Assembly (NCBI RefSeq): GCF_046119375.1
Contig: NW_027362767.1
Span: 51,460,001 to 51,524,000 of the forward strand
Direction: 5' to 3'
Source: Phyllobates terribilis
Taxonomy: Eukaryota
DNA length: 64,000 nt
Of the stretch, positions 1 through 13,600 are shown piece after piece (the stretch's first letter is position 1; every line of letters begins with the position of its first letter). The translations under genes were made by a program, and so were the position numbers. The notes beneath the pieces are model-generated. The model was not told the origin of the DNA, made no database searches, and worked only from the letters and a program-made list of their open reading frames with translations.

Positions 1-141
1 ATTGCCTTTATAGTGGATGGAGCTTTCCCATAATCACCCGCAGTTTTTTTTTTCTCCATCACAGAAATATCTTCATTATATTCTTGAATATTTTTTTTTT
101 TATAAAGTCTAATATATTCTATACATTTTCTTTATTTTCAG

Positions 142-3100
142 GATGATGTAGATCAAGATGCTGCAGGCTCCGAGGTTTGTATGTGCGGACTGCCTGACCG
201 CTGCACTCAGTGTCGCGATTCCCCTGTATTCCTGGTGACACTGGGTGGTCACATCGCCGCCTGCATCTTATTGTTAGAATGGGGATGTGCAGGATTTATG
301 TCTCTGTCTTGTCGTAGGACGCTGAAAATCTCTTGAATTCCTTGACTGGGCAACCAGACCAAGAAGACGTCCTGTTATTCTCTGTGCCAGTCTGTGCCCC
401 GTATACGGCCATGACCAGTTATAAGTAAGATCAGTAATGTTCTGGGCGACTGTACCATTCCTCTCCACCGGTGCCAGATTTGTCTTTTATGTGTAAATAA
501 TCCTAAGTTTAGTTTTAATCAGTAATTGGCAAATTCTGTAGATGTCTCACTAAGCCATGGAAGGAAATGCTGCTTTACTTTAAAGGTGTTGTCTCGTTAA
601 TGACAAAGCTTCTCCAAATGTGATTTTCCTAAAGAAAGCCGCAACTCCCCATGTAGCTAAGTATTCTCATTTACAGTGTAAATGGTCTCTCACCAATACT
701 TTCTTTTCTTTCTTCAGGTACAAAGTTAAATTAACTCCAGGAACACAAAAGAAAGGAAAAGGTAAAATCTAATTAACTTGCAGCAGAATGACCGTGGTCA
801 TGAAATTAAATATGGACGCAACGTAACGGTGCATGTACAACCCAGTAGGCTGTGGCCAAAAATATACATAGCAAAACTGCAACTGTTAGGACAGGTGGAT
901 AATATCTGCCAAAGACACTTGTCCTGTACATATTAGACGCGAGATCACAGGCTCCGCTCAACAGCTGATGCTAAAGCGCAGTCCACATCTGCCTTTATTT
1001 TACCCGCTCAATTACTAGAAATCTATAATAAAAAGAAATATCAGCTTATGAGGTTGCTCTCGCTCCATATTTTAATAACCAGGTGCAGAAAGCAATGAGG
1101 CACCATTATTACAGAATAGAAATACTTGGATTATTCTGCAGCTGTTTTTGCCATTTTTGGTGCTGAAGACTTTGACGCTCATTTTTTATTTCCACAGCTG
1201 CTAAAACCGCCCTGAACAGTTTCATGCATTCCAAGGAAACCTCCAGCCGAGAGAAGGATTTACTGCGAAGTGTTAAGGTACAACCCTACAATGTAGCGTC
1301 TGCAGCTCCTATATGAAATCAGACCTCCTCCGACTGATACCGAGCCGCACCATATACATCAACATCCACATAGAATAAGCCAAGCACTATGTAGATATCG
1401 ATGGTTTCCTAAAGAATCAGAAGGAAAAAGGAAAGCATGTTTTCTCTCTGCATAGTAGTAAGATATGAATATTCATAATGAACCTGTCAGGTCCGATGTG
1501 TCAATCATGAGAAATGTAGCATACATGTCATATGCAAATCAGACAGGAAAAGAGCCGTCCACGCCCTCAATGCACCACCAGCCTGATCTGCATGTGGCTT
1601 CTATGCTACATTTCTCATGACTGACATTTAATTCTATACAAAAAAATTATATAGATAGATCTATCTATCTTACGCCTTTTTCACATGTCCTGATATTTCC
1701 GTCACTATAAAAAAACAATACCGGAGATGTCCGTGTGTACCTGTGTTGCAACAGTCAGGCGAATCAGGATCACAAGCGCCGGGTGCTGAAGGCATCTCTC
1801 TTCATTGGCCCCCCTGCTGGCACTGCGATCAGCTCAAGCAGGGGACAATGTTGAGAGTAGTATTCTGCTCCTGATGTCTCCAAAACTTGTAAAAATAAGA
1901 ATAAAGTAAAATCATTATACTCACCTGACTTAAGGCGACCACACACGCTGAGGAGCAGAGGATAATGACGGGCTGCAGCGAGCGGGCCCCTGCGCTCAGC
2001 TCCCTGAGTGACAGGACACCGCTCACTGAACTCAGCGCAGGTCAGTCAATCTCTTCTGCTCCTCAGCGTGTGCGGTCACCTCAAGCCAGGTTAATATAAT
2101 TTTTTTTTTATTATTATTTTCTTATTTTTACAGGTTTTGAAGACAGCGGGAGCAGAATACTACTCTCAACATTGTCCCCTGCTGGCGCTGATCGTAGCGC
2201 CAGCAGGGGACAATGAAAGATTCCTTCAGCACCCGGGAACAGCACTAACTGTACCGCTGATTCCCATGCACCGGTATGTGTCACACTGATGAAACATGGA
2301 TGTCATCTGTGTGCACGTATGTTGGACGTTTTGCGGCATTCAAGACACGGACACATGGTCCGTGGAAACACACTGACATGTGCGCAGATCCATTCATTTG
2401 AATGGGTCTGCGTGTGTATGTGTCTCCAGTACGTGTGCAAACTGTCAACCCACGTACCAGAGACATTGACGTGTGAAAGAGGCCTTATAGGGGGACAAGC
2501 CCCTATCCAGCTACTTCCATAGGTAAAGACAGCCTGACAGGTTCCTTTTCAGGGTTTCCACCAGGATTGCAAGTTGATGATCTTTGGGTTTTTCCACTTC
2601 TTTAACCCTCGTTCTGATCCGAAGCTCCAGTGATGGTCTGTGGTCAGTTGCAATTCCTGCCCAACCCCTTTAAGTTTTAAATCATTTGCCAAATTTTACC
2701 TTTTAAGTTGAATGTTAAATAAAAAAAATTGGGCCTGATAAAGGGATGGATATTTGGTTACAAAGGCATCTAATTAAATGTTATAAAGTTATTAAACTCA
2801 CTAATACACTTTCAGAGGACTAGGAATGGCACAGCCCCGGAGACTGTTAGTAAATGCACTATCAATGCATATTAATAAATATAACGGGCCAAAAAAAGTC
2901 TTGTGTGCGTAATTAGAGGTCACAGCAGCTTCCGTGTCTATGGTCTGTACTAGAGAATTCAGTTCAGCTTCATTCCCATCTATGGGAATAAGTTTCAGTA
3001 CCAGACAAGGCCTGTGGGCAGAAGTGGTACTAGGTTCTGGATCGAGTTAGTAAATATGGTTAAACACTTAGAGGACTTTTAATCCAAGAATGTTGTATAA

Positions 3101-3494
3101 AACACCAGTACAGATAAAGTTCCCTCTAACGTTAAATGCATTTTTCAGGCTGTGCGCAAGAAACAGACTCCAGTCCTTAGCCGGAGTATACTTCTGCCTC
3201 TTTCTGGCATAACCTATAGTAAATCTGGCTGATTGAGGCCACCCCTCCCACAAATTTTGTTTTCCGACAAAGAAATATAAAAAATTGTGAGCCCCACTTT
3301 CTCATATGCCCACAGACAAGGGCCCATTTTTTTAGCAAGCCAAGTAACTTGTCCATGTCCGTAGATGCTGTATAAGGACCATATCCGGCTTTTTACTACA
3401 CTATTGTTTTCCATAGGACACCGACCTATCGAGAAACATGCCGGGGAAAGTAAAAGTGTCCGCACCGAATCTGCTGCATGCAAAGAAGAAATGA
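142..3494 (+). CDS. NEMF: Ribosome quality control complex subunit NEMF, 3' part (last five coding exons; gene begins upstream of the window)
   Basis: Exons 142-174, 318-424, 718-761, 1198-1277 and 3417-3494(TGA), all AG/GT bounded with compatible phases. They join to [113 protein letters not shown], matching the vertebrate NEMF C-terminus as I recall it. Tail-to-tail with KLHDC2, as in human. Confidence 0.96.
1480..2544. mobile_element. Non-autonomous foldback DNA element (T2/Kolobok-like termini) in the last NEMF intron, with a small MITE-like insert near 2280-2490
   Basis: Terminal inverted repeats GAACCTGTCAGG (1480-1491) / CCTGACAGGTTC (2533-2544). Internal inverted arms at about 1500-1630 and about 1850-1970 vs 2045-2175. 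TSD not clean. Confidence 0.5.
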
Positions 3495-3715
3495 TCTTTT
3501 CTACACTTCATACATGTAAATACGGAGCTAGAGATGATTTGCACCTATTGATTTTGGGTGGGGTTGGAAAAGTTGACTTTGTGGGGGTCAGACTCTCCGC
3601 TCTACATGGCTTTCCACAGCAGTCCATGTTTCCATGATGGAAATAGTAAATCCTGGGAACGTGGCTGGTTGTTGAATCGGGGGGGTTAAAACTAGAGTTG
3701 GTGCAAAACAATATG

Positions 3716-3963
3716 CACAACCTGGCCCATCGGTAACGGCAGTAATCTGTGGCTGTAGGACGGGAGCCGTGAGATCTGCCCGTTACCTGATGACATACTC
3801 AGCTCTGCTAGTGATTAGCTGGTCTTGTGTGATGTCGTCGCGCAATGATGATGTCATACAAAGCTGGCAAATCAAAACCGCCGCGGATTTCGTCAGCTAA
3901 GAGGCGGTACGGCTCCCGTCCTACAGCCTCAGATCACTGTTGAGTCTGACAGACCAGGTTGTG
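3716..3963. mobile_element. MITE-like inverted repeat in the inferred NEMF 3' UTR
   Basis: CACAACCTGG (3716-3725) / CCAGGTTGTG (3954-3963) termini, plus a perfect 20-bp arm pair GGCTGTAGGACGGGAGCCGT (3751-3770) / ACGGCTCCCGTCCTACAGCC (3909-3928). Confidence 0.6.
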
Positions 3964-4417
3964 TTAATCATTTTGCACAACAGCTGGAGTCTGGCAGGTC
4001 GCTGCTCTCTCTCATATTTTGGCCCCAGCTCAGTGGGGAGTCGTGTGACGTGAATTCATTGTAATATCCTGAACTGACAGCATCAGATGTGGCTATGACC
4101 TGCGCTTTGGTATTGTGGAGGTCAGGCTGGTGTCACCAGTTTCACCCATCTGTCAATCACGGTTCGGCTGTGAGTCTCCCGAATCAAACACAACGGCCTC
4201 AGATAGGACTATAGGGCTGCGGAGTTTGGAATCTGCTGCCGGAGAATGTCGGGATAAGATGGATGAGAGAATCCCACCCCAATATTGTCACGTGAATCTG
4301 CCCTACACCCATCTGCCTGTAAGAAGTATTGATTTGAAAAGTAATGTAATTACTATGTAATATTTTTGCGCTTTTAATGTGGGAAACCTATTCCTCCTTG
4401 CAAATAATTTGGTAAGA

Positions 4418-4455
4418 AATAAAACTAAGAAATTTTAACTCCATGGTTCTTTATT
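4418..4455. terminator. Convergent polyadenylation signals: NEMF AATAAA (+, 4418-4423) and KLHDC2 AATAAA (-, 4450-4455)
   Basis: Each is the first canonical hexamer I found downstream of its stop codon (NEMF TGA 3494; KLHDC2 TGA 4690). Confidence 0.5.
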
Positions 4456-4689
4456 TTCATTTTACAGAGGGGCTCATTTTAATTTGAGTCCAAATTGTAC
4501 ATTACAATAGGAGTGAACGGCGCCCCCTTAAGGCTGCAGGAAATGGAGCTAAATAACGGCTCCCACATAATGAACAAGAACGTGAATTCTCCACAAGTAT
4601 TAAACATATTTACAGTAAAATAAGATCCAACGGGAAAAAAAAATCCTAAAAAACACAAACAGTGACTTGTAAACAGCAGGGTCTGCGCT

Positions 4690-7600
4690 TCAGGACCCAC
4701 ATGTGTTCACGCTCGCAAACCTTTGATGCACGCAGTGGAGTAAGTGCTTAGGGAGACAATCCAGTGAGTCGGACAGGATGTCTTTAAGAGAAATCACAGT
4801 CTCTAGGGAAAGTCTGAGGAAGGAAAATACATATCAGATTAATAATTATTCCTAGAATTCACAAGTCCAAATCTGGACCATAAAGTCCAGACAGACTGCA
4901 GGTCTCCCACCCCAGACTGACGGCCTCTTATCTGCCTAGCAGGCTGGTAGTTCTGAGGTTGGTTTGAGAATTGTGGCATTTTTTCATAAAAACAAGCATT
5001 AATTGGCAGTTTTCCATTGCTTGGCCTCTTATGATGCTATTCTCAGCAGTGTGGTGCTGCTCACTCAACCTGCACCGGACAGGGCTGAGCCCATGGGGAC
5101 CCCACTGGTTGGACCCACAGTGAGTGGTGAGTAGTTTTTTTGTGTGGGATGTGTGGTTTTAAATTCTACCATTTAAATTTATATATTGGCACACATACTC
5201 TCCTGCCCAATACACAATCAGACATGGAGACAATTCATTGCAGTGTGAACAGGACGACTACCCGGTGAGTACTGCGCATAAATCAGAGGAGGGGTGAACA
5301 ATACTCACTGGGTATTAGACTGTTTGGTGCCTTGGCACCTATCTCCTCCAAGCCCAGTATCAGATTAGACCGGAGGGTGACCCCATAAACAGCACAGGGA
5401 CTTACCTAAGGAGAGACCTTGGTTGCACAGAGAACACCAGGACGGCATTACTATGAGCCTGTAACAGGAGAAAGAATAGATGAGCTCTGAATCCTGCAAA
5501 GTATTAGTTACAAGACACAACTCCGCTGGCGCTTTCCTCTATACAGAGTCGTTATTAATAGTGATCAATCATAAAACACAAGTTCTGTTATAGTAAAGGG
5601 CTTTTGTACTAACACGAAGCGTGAACAGAAAAGGAGCGAGCTGTCATTGATGCGAGGTTATTCCTGTACCGCGCACTCACAAAACCTTTTTAAAGGGCTA
5701 TTTCATCAAATGTCATCAGCTAAAATGGATTGTCCCATAACATCCTGAGGATAGATGATGAATGCACGCTCGCTGGGGGACGCCGAGACCACCCCAATCC
5801 ACATACACTGGTGTGAATGGAGCTGTAGTGAGCATGTCCGGCCACAGTTAATAGATAAGTGGTGGCACATGCTCATTATGGCTACAGTCACATTGGGGAC
5901 TTAAAACTTTTTTTTTTTTTTTTTTAAAGAAAACCATTGTCTCCTCCAAACCTGGGAATAAATCATGAATAGTTACCGCTTTGTGATGGGCGAGTAGATT
6001 GTTGGCACATCCTCCGAAGACAAATATCTCCCCCTCCTTACTGGCACACGCCGTATGCCACAACCTGCAACATCACACAGTATATCACCATCTGACCGGT
6101 ATGGCACCGCCTCAATGTCATCGATACGCCCATCACTCATCCTTCTACCTCGTAATTATTCCTCCATGTAACCAAGTTTTAAGATCAAGTGTTTTCAATT
6201 CTTCGGAAAGTTCCTCCACTATCCACTTTGTGTCATACACTTGTGCTTTTACATATTCTACATACTGTTCCGGGCTTAGAGCCGGGTGGCATTTTATGGG
6301 CTGTGGTGTGCTACTTACCCCCATGACTCAACACATTTTTGGGATTTTTCATTCATGTGGCTTAAACCGCTGTAAAATTTCATATTCGACAGTCAAATAA
6401 TTTTTCATCTATTTTTCGCGATACGTTGGGCTTCATTTTTCTGTTATTTGTATATTATTTTTAATACTGGTTATTTGTGGGAAAACTTAAAAAAAAAAGT
6501 TTTTCCAGATTTTTGTTTTTTTATGACCATAAAGGACCACTAAAATGCACTTTAAAATGTGAACCCTTGCTGTGAGGATTATTCTTACTTAGACTTTTTT
6601 TTTGTCCAATGGGGGCAGGGTTGGTAACTATTTGGATTGGCAGCGTTTTTTTTTCATTTATTTTACACACTGTGCCCTGTGTATCGGTCAGAAGACATTC
6701 AGGGGGCATTTTAATATTTAAAGGGAACCTTCACCTCAAAGCTCTATTTATCTACAGATATGGGGTTAACCTACAGGTAAATAGTACAGTGCTGCCCGGC
6801 CGCCATACAGTGCGGCTACAGGGAGAAATTGAACTTATTTCCTCCTGGAAACCCCCGACTTTCAGACGTGCAGTTCGGTCAGGGTCACTCTAGATCTCAA
6901 GCTAACCAACCATTTTGATAGTGTCTGGAGATTTCACACAATATTCTGCCATCAGTGGTTGTGTTTACAACAAGGAAACTTTGTCGTATGTTCACAATCC
7001 CATCAGCGATTCTTTAGATTTGCTGCAGGTTCTTTTCAACTCCATTTTGTCCAGCTTGGCCTCAGATCCGAGGGTCTTCTCCAAGGTCCTGGTGCCTCAT
7101 AATCTCAATGTCAGGCAAGTGACAATCCTCCCACACCAGGACGACCTTCAGATTTGACCAAGGAGCACGACCTGTCCAGCCTTCATATAACCCTCGATTC
7201 CCTGGAATACTTCAGATGGATCTTGACTCATTAGAAATGATGGTTCATTTGCTCTCGGCACATGGACTTTCTGGGGATGATATTCAATACTTGTGTGAGC
7301 CAAGTTTCTCTCCCCTCAGAGAATTCAGTCTGTGGAGTCTCTGGACCAAAGTCCCAGTTCCCCGATGGCCGTGCCACCCTTTGTTGTGCTCCTTGTTGAG
7401 TCTAACAAGAGGCCTGGCCTTCTTCAGTGACATCTCCCAAGGACTTCTAAGGCCCACTTGGACCTACCCGGGTGTCTGTGTACTGAAAATGTAATGTGTG
7501 CAGTGGCCGTTTGTTCGGAGTTGGCCAGCATCCAGTTTCTTTGTTGCCATAGTCTCCTCAGACTCCTGTGATTTCTACAGTTTCCACCTTATGCTCCACA

Positions 7601-10600
7601 AAACCTGCTGCTTAACCCATCAATTGCTGCAAGCATCACAAATTGAGTCTGTTCACATTACACTACAATCTGCTGTAAATTCTACAACCTACATCCAAGT
7701 CCTGCTTCAGACGGGCCAGTTTCCTCTTCATCTGGCCTCCTGGTCCTGTGGCTTCCAACATGTCCTGCTTAGCCTGCTATTCGGCCGATCAGCATAGCCT
7801 TCCTGATTCACTGGCTTTTCAGCCAGCTGTACCGACGCCCTGGATCCACATGTCCACCCTGACCTGGGGCTTTGCGAATCCACCTCAGCAGGTGAGTCCT
7901 AACCGTCCTATAATCCATTCACTTCTGTACGAGGGTCCTGGGCAGGATGGTCTTGAAGGGAATTATATCCTATAACCCACCAGCACTACCTCCCTGACCC
8001 AGGCGTCGTTCAATATGGTGCTACGTGCCCCAATATAGTTACCAAGAAAGTGATTTTACAATCAGTACAAATCTCCCATTGTTTATCCTTCTCTACAATT
8101 ACATTGGCTAAAATGATTAAAACTATTTTAAAAGAACGGCAACATGATTTTAGCTAAATTTGTAAGAGACTCTCAAGACAATGATTACCCTGGACGCAGG
8201 TTGTGCATTTACATATGTTGGATAAAATACCAACTAAAACCTCATGTATATCTTTGCCATACACAGCCTGGCCCTATACTATTGGGGGAACTAGGGCATT
8301 TGTCCTTTATAGGGTGCACTTATATATTGCTGGAGAGCCTGTCTGATCTAATAATACAGGTGTAACCAATAGGCTGTGACCCGGCAGGTTGCACTACATG
8401 GACCAGTGTGACTGGCACCTTACACAAGTCTTAATTATTAGAGGTCCTGCATATAAGTAAAAATGGCTCCTATCCAAGCCCAAAATCACTACAGATACTG
8501 GCCGGTGACGAGCTCCTGCAACCTTTATCTATCCCTCATCCCCTCCAGATGGCTGGACCATCCTTGTAAATAACCCCCTGTTCTTTGTATCACCCCCCAC
8601 CTCATTGTAGATTGTAAGCTCTTACGAGCAGGGTCGTGATTATTTTTGCTTTAATTATTGTATTATCTTTATCTATGTTACTTATGACGGTAGTATATGA
8701 ATCTCTGAATTGTTAAGCGCTGCGGAATATATTGGCGCTATATAAATAAAGATAATTATTATTATTATTATCCACTAACTGCATGCTGCTTGTCCGGCTT
8801 CTCACCTTGGTTTACCAGCATGGCAGCTCTGGAAGGGAATCCACTCGTTCGTTTTAATACTGTAGATCCAGGTGTCACCTGAAAACAGATCCCCGATTAA
8901 ACGTCATACACATCAGATTACTTATAGATAATCACCGCACTCAAATTCTTGGTTGCAAAGAGTGATAATTTTACTATAATACAACACCACACCGTAGAAA
9001 AAACGTGCTTAGTAGCGATACATGACGTTTCGACCTGGATAGGCCTTTTTCAAAAACATCGCTAAAAGAGAGAATTAAGATACATTAATAGGGGGTCATA
9101 GAAATTAAAGAAAAGTTTAATATTTACATATATACATAGTTACACCATTTGCAAGTAAATAATCGTTTGAGAGTACACAGCCAGACGCAAGTAGTAGTAG
9201 TAAAAAGGGGTACCAGGGATAGGGAAAAGGGTAGGGGATCCCTAGATGAAATCTATCACAATAGTAAAAATATGGCCACTCAATATCCAAACATACTAAC
9301 CTATATACTGCACCCAGAGGGGATAAATCTAAGTGGATACATGGAAACACTGGCTTGGAAAAGGCCTGGAGAAAAAATAAATAAGAGATCGCTGTTGAAG
9401 CACCAGTGGGATCTATAGGAGGCAAGACAAGTAGACTATACCTTGGTGGTGTGGTAGTGTAAACTTGCATTCCTGCTGCTTCTCCGGTGTGTGGGAGGCA
9501 TTAGCGGCAGTGGATCTTAAATATAGGTGCTGCTGAGAGCTTCCGGCGGAAGTGTTAATGAAATGGAGGCTTGGAACGCAGGGAAGATGGAGCGGACCTT
9601 TTTTTTTTTTTCCCTTCATTTTTTCCATTTTTTTTTAATCTTTATTCTTATTTTTCCTTTTTATTCATATACTAAACATTATCCATTCTATAGATTACTC
9701 TCCCCACTTTGTATCTGGAGTGTGATTCCTTTGGTGTTAGAAGGTATTGTCCTTCTCTCCCTATGCCCTATTATAATAGTTATTCACTGCTGCAAAGTTG
9801 CACAAGTGCCCCTTTCTTCTCTCTGCGCTCTATGGCCTGAATTAAGGTGTCCACCCTACAGCCACTCCATTTTAGACCCGCTCCACCTTTTAGCCCCTAC
9901 ATTTTAGGTCCGCTCCGTCTTCCCTGCGTTCCAAGCCTCCATTTCATTAACACTTCCGCCGGAAGCTCTCAGCAGCACCTATATTTAAGATCCACTGCCG
10001 CTAATGCCTCCCACACACCGGAAAAGCAGCAGGAACGCAAGTTTACACTACCACACCACCAAGGTATAGTCTACTTGTCTTGCCTCCTATAGATCCCACT
10101 GGTGCTTCAATAGCGATCTCTTATTTATTTTTTCTCCAGGCCTTTTCCAAGCCAGTGTTTCCATTTATCCACTTAGCTTTATCCCCTCTGGGTGCAGTAT
10201 ATAGGTTAGTATGTTTGGATATTGATTGCCCATATTTTTACTATTGTGATATATTTCATCAATGGACATATACGGATCCCCTACCCTTTTCCCTATCCCT
10301 GGTACCCTTTTTACTACTACTACTTGCGTCTGGCTGTGTACTCTCAAATGATTATTTACTTGCAAATGGTGTAACTATGTATATTGGTATATATGGAAAT
10401 ATAAAACTTTTCTTTAATTTCTATAACACCCTATTAATGTATCTTAATTCTCTCTTTTAGGGTATCTGCACACGATGCAGAAATGAAGCAGAAAATTTCT
10501 GCATCATTTCTGCATCTCCCTGGCAGAAAAAACGCATGCAGATTGTACATGCAGATTGTGCATGCGTTTTTCCTGCAGAATACATGCGGATCCACATGCA

Positions 10601-13600
10601 GATTCACATGCGTTTCCGCGTGCAGATTGACAAGCGCTTTCCAGGCGATTTTAGCATCACCTGGAAAGTGCTTGACAACTAGGTCACACTATATAAATCC
10701 ATGCAAACGGCATGGATTTATATAGTGTGATCCGAGAGAGTGTATATACTTACCTCCGATGGCCTGCGCTGTCCTGCTTTACAAAGTTCCCGGCTGCCAG
10801 CAACTTTGAATTGAAAGACCTGCCGACGTCAGCGTCACGTGACCCGTCACATGACTCTGACGTCAGCGCAGGTCCTACAACTCACTGCAAGTGCCGGGAA
10901 CCAAGCGGGAGCGCTGCGCGGGCCGACAGATGGTAAGTATATATATATTTTTTATTTTATTCTTTTTTTACAGCTTTTTTTAATGGTACCTGGGTGTGGA
11001 TGAGACTCTCCTCTCCTCCACACTCGGGTACCATCCGCATATTAGAACGCGCCAATAGCGCAAGTACAGATGCAGTCTTGCGGAATTGGCGCGTTCTAAT
11101 GCAAGTCAATGGCGGCGAAATCGCCGCGTTTCCGCAAAATTAATTGACATGCTGCGGATTTTTGACCGCAGCGTTAACGCTGCGGAAAAATCCGCATCAT
11201 GGGCACAGCACATGCGGATTTCCATTGCTTCCCTTCTACCATGCGTTTTTCATGCGTTTCCGCAACTGCAAAAACGCCGCGGAAACGCATGAAATACGCA
11301 TCGTGTGAACTCAGCCTTAGCGATGTTTTTGAAAAAGGCCTATCCAGGTCGAAACGTCATGTATCGCTACTAAGCACGTTTTTTCTACGGTGTGGTGTTG
11401 TATTATAGTAAAATTATCACTCTTTGCAACCAAGAGTTTGAGTGCGGCTATTATCTATAAGTGATTGCTTGGATCGCACCTCTTCAGTACTGTGGGCGCA
11501 TCTTTTTTTCATGAAATACACATCAGATTCACAGCTACACATAGAGACCTTTACTGGCGAGAATGGAAGGGTTAATCTATAGCTTCTATGCCGAAAGCAG
11601 GAGCGCTCTTGTTCACGATGCCGTCATGCTTTTCTAGAGTTACGTTTGTTCACGCTGTAAATGTATGATGTGTGGCCCTGGGATAAATACTTGGTCCATT
11701 GTAAATGGCACAGGTCTGATGTTTCTAGCAGGATGAGCGCACAGCTGTGGCTCCGAGAAGACCCAGGAGGCTGATGACTGCTTCTATCTTAGGAGGCAAG
11801 GAGCTTAATGCTTACAAGCCCTATGTTATAGAGCTTGTAAGGGCTGTTGTGAAGCGGTCCTGATCACTGGATGCGGGCAGCTTCAGTGCCCAGCGTTCCT
11901 CCGATGATAGAGGCAAAGCTGCCACTACTTGAAGCATCAGAGAGCAGAGTTTAAGCCGCTGGCTGAACGGTTAAACGGTGCGCTCTAGCAGGACAGTGAT
12001 GAGAGTAACCCTTTAATTTAAATTCTTTTTAACGGGGGAAGCGAAATGATTTTATGCTCAGCAGAGCTGTGCATGTTGCATCACGCTCATCATAGACTTA
12101 CTCAATGGTTGTTTGTCAGTTGTAAATCCACCGAAGAGAAACAGGGTGTCTTCTGAGGCTCGTGTTAATGAATGCCAGGATCTGCCCACTGGAATCACCC
12201 CCTGAGGAATTCTGCAATTAAAGAATGAAAGAAATGAGTGATTCAAATTAAACAGAATTTAGTTATACCTATCGTGATCAAGCGAATGGAAAAAAGTTCA
12301 GCCCGGTCAGCAGCTGCGGACGCAGGCGGTTGTAGGTGGCTAGGCGCGTGCGGACGCAGGCGGTTGTAGGTGGCTAGGCGCGTGCGGACGCAGGCGGTTG
12401 TAGGTGGCTAGGCGCGTGCGGACGCAGGCGGTTGTAGGTGGCTAGGCGCGTGCGGACACAGGCGGTTGTAGGCGGCTGGCGCATGCGGACGCTTTTTGCA
12501 GCCGAGTCATTATGTGAAAATCGGTACAAAATCTAATTGTGAGCGGCAGAGTAATTCGTCCATGCTTCTGAAGTCACACAGTGCCCAGTGTAATCAAACT
12601 CAGACATGACAGAGATCATCCGGATTCAGCAGACTCACTGACGGCACTCTAGTCCTGTTTCTGGTGAAGCAAGCATGGCCGACGTCAGTGTGCCCCTCAT
12701 AATTACAGTCCATATACTGTAACTGACTCCACTGTATTTTTATTGAGAAATATTTGATATTTTATTTTTGTTTTTCCATTTGTGCTCCCGGTGGAGTTGA
12801 CGTCTTCATGCTGTTAAAGGGCAGCATCATGTGACAGATCAGAAAAGGGCTGATATATTCCGAATTACTTACACTTCATGCCATTCCCAGGTGTCAAAAT
12901 TCAGATAATAGAGGTCATTCATTCTAGAGTCCTAGAATATAAAGGAAAATGGTTTACAGGAAACTCTTGCAATGTCACAAAGGCCGTGTAAGATACTCGG
13001 CTGTATAAAGTGGCACTCACCCTGTATCTACCACCAAACACATAGCCTCTATTCCCAACACTGGCGCAGGCGTGTGCGGCTCGAGGAGAGGGACTTTTAC
13101 CCTGTAGAGAAGATAGGCGATTGTGCAGGTTTTTTTTTTTTTTTTTGCACGGTTCATAAAGAGTTATTTCCTCCTATCGAAGTTGTGGATATAAGTAATT
13201 ATTACCGTGGTCACAATGCGATGCCAGGTGAAGCTGTCTAGATGAAGAGCATGGACGTGATTGTTCCAACCTCTGGGAAGTCCTATATTCTGGAGATTAC
13301 CAGACACAGACTAATTACAGGATCAGCGATAGATCAGTACATAAATCATCCTTATTACAGCGATGTACATAACTCCTTGTCCACACTGTACTCCATTGCC
13401 AAAGCAAAACATCTCACTCCTGTGCCAGCAGGAAAGCGCTGGGTCGTCTCACCCCTGTAGATGCATCACATACTGCTGACGCTTTATAGGGGTATGCCAA
13501 GGACATTTATGGCATAACCACGGAGTTTAATGGGATCTGTGCTGATGGTCTATCCTTAAGCTAGGTGATCAATATTGGATTGGTGGAGATCCCCATCCTC

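Larger units (their letters stand above)
8920..11515 (+). mobile_element. Penelope-like retroelement remnant with inverted pseudo-LTR arms, in KLHDC2 intron 9
   Basis: Left arm 8920-9599 is the reverse complement of 9906-10459 plus 11320-11462. The right copy carries an extra tail of about 50 nt (11463-11515). The structure is flanked by a 14-bp direct repeat ATACACATCAGATT (8906-8919 and 11516-11529). It contains the TTGAAAAAGG...CGAAACGTC motif typical of PLE termini. No intact ORF. Confidence 0.65.

Noticed and set aside
6900-7990. Possible decayed gag-like/retroelement fragment in KLHDC2 intron 10
   Set aside because: Minus-strand translation has many stops and only vague similarity. No LTR, TSD or catalytic motif could be identified without a search.
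9117-10460. Pair of near-identical ORFs on opposite strands (117 and 126 aa)
   Set aside because: They reflect the inverted arms of the Penelope-like element. They are low-complexity and have no RT or GIY-YIG motif.
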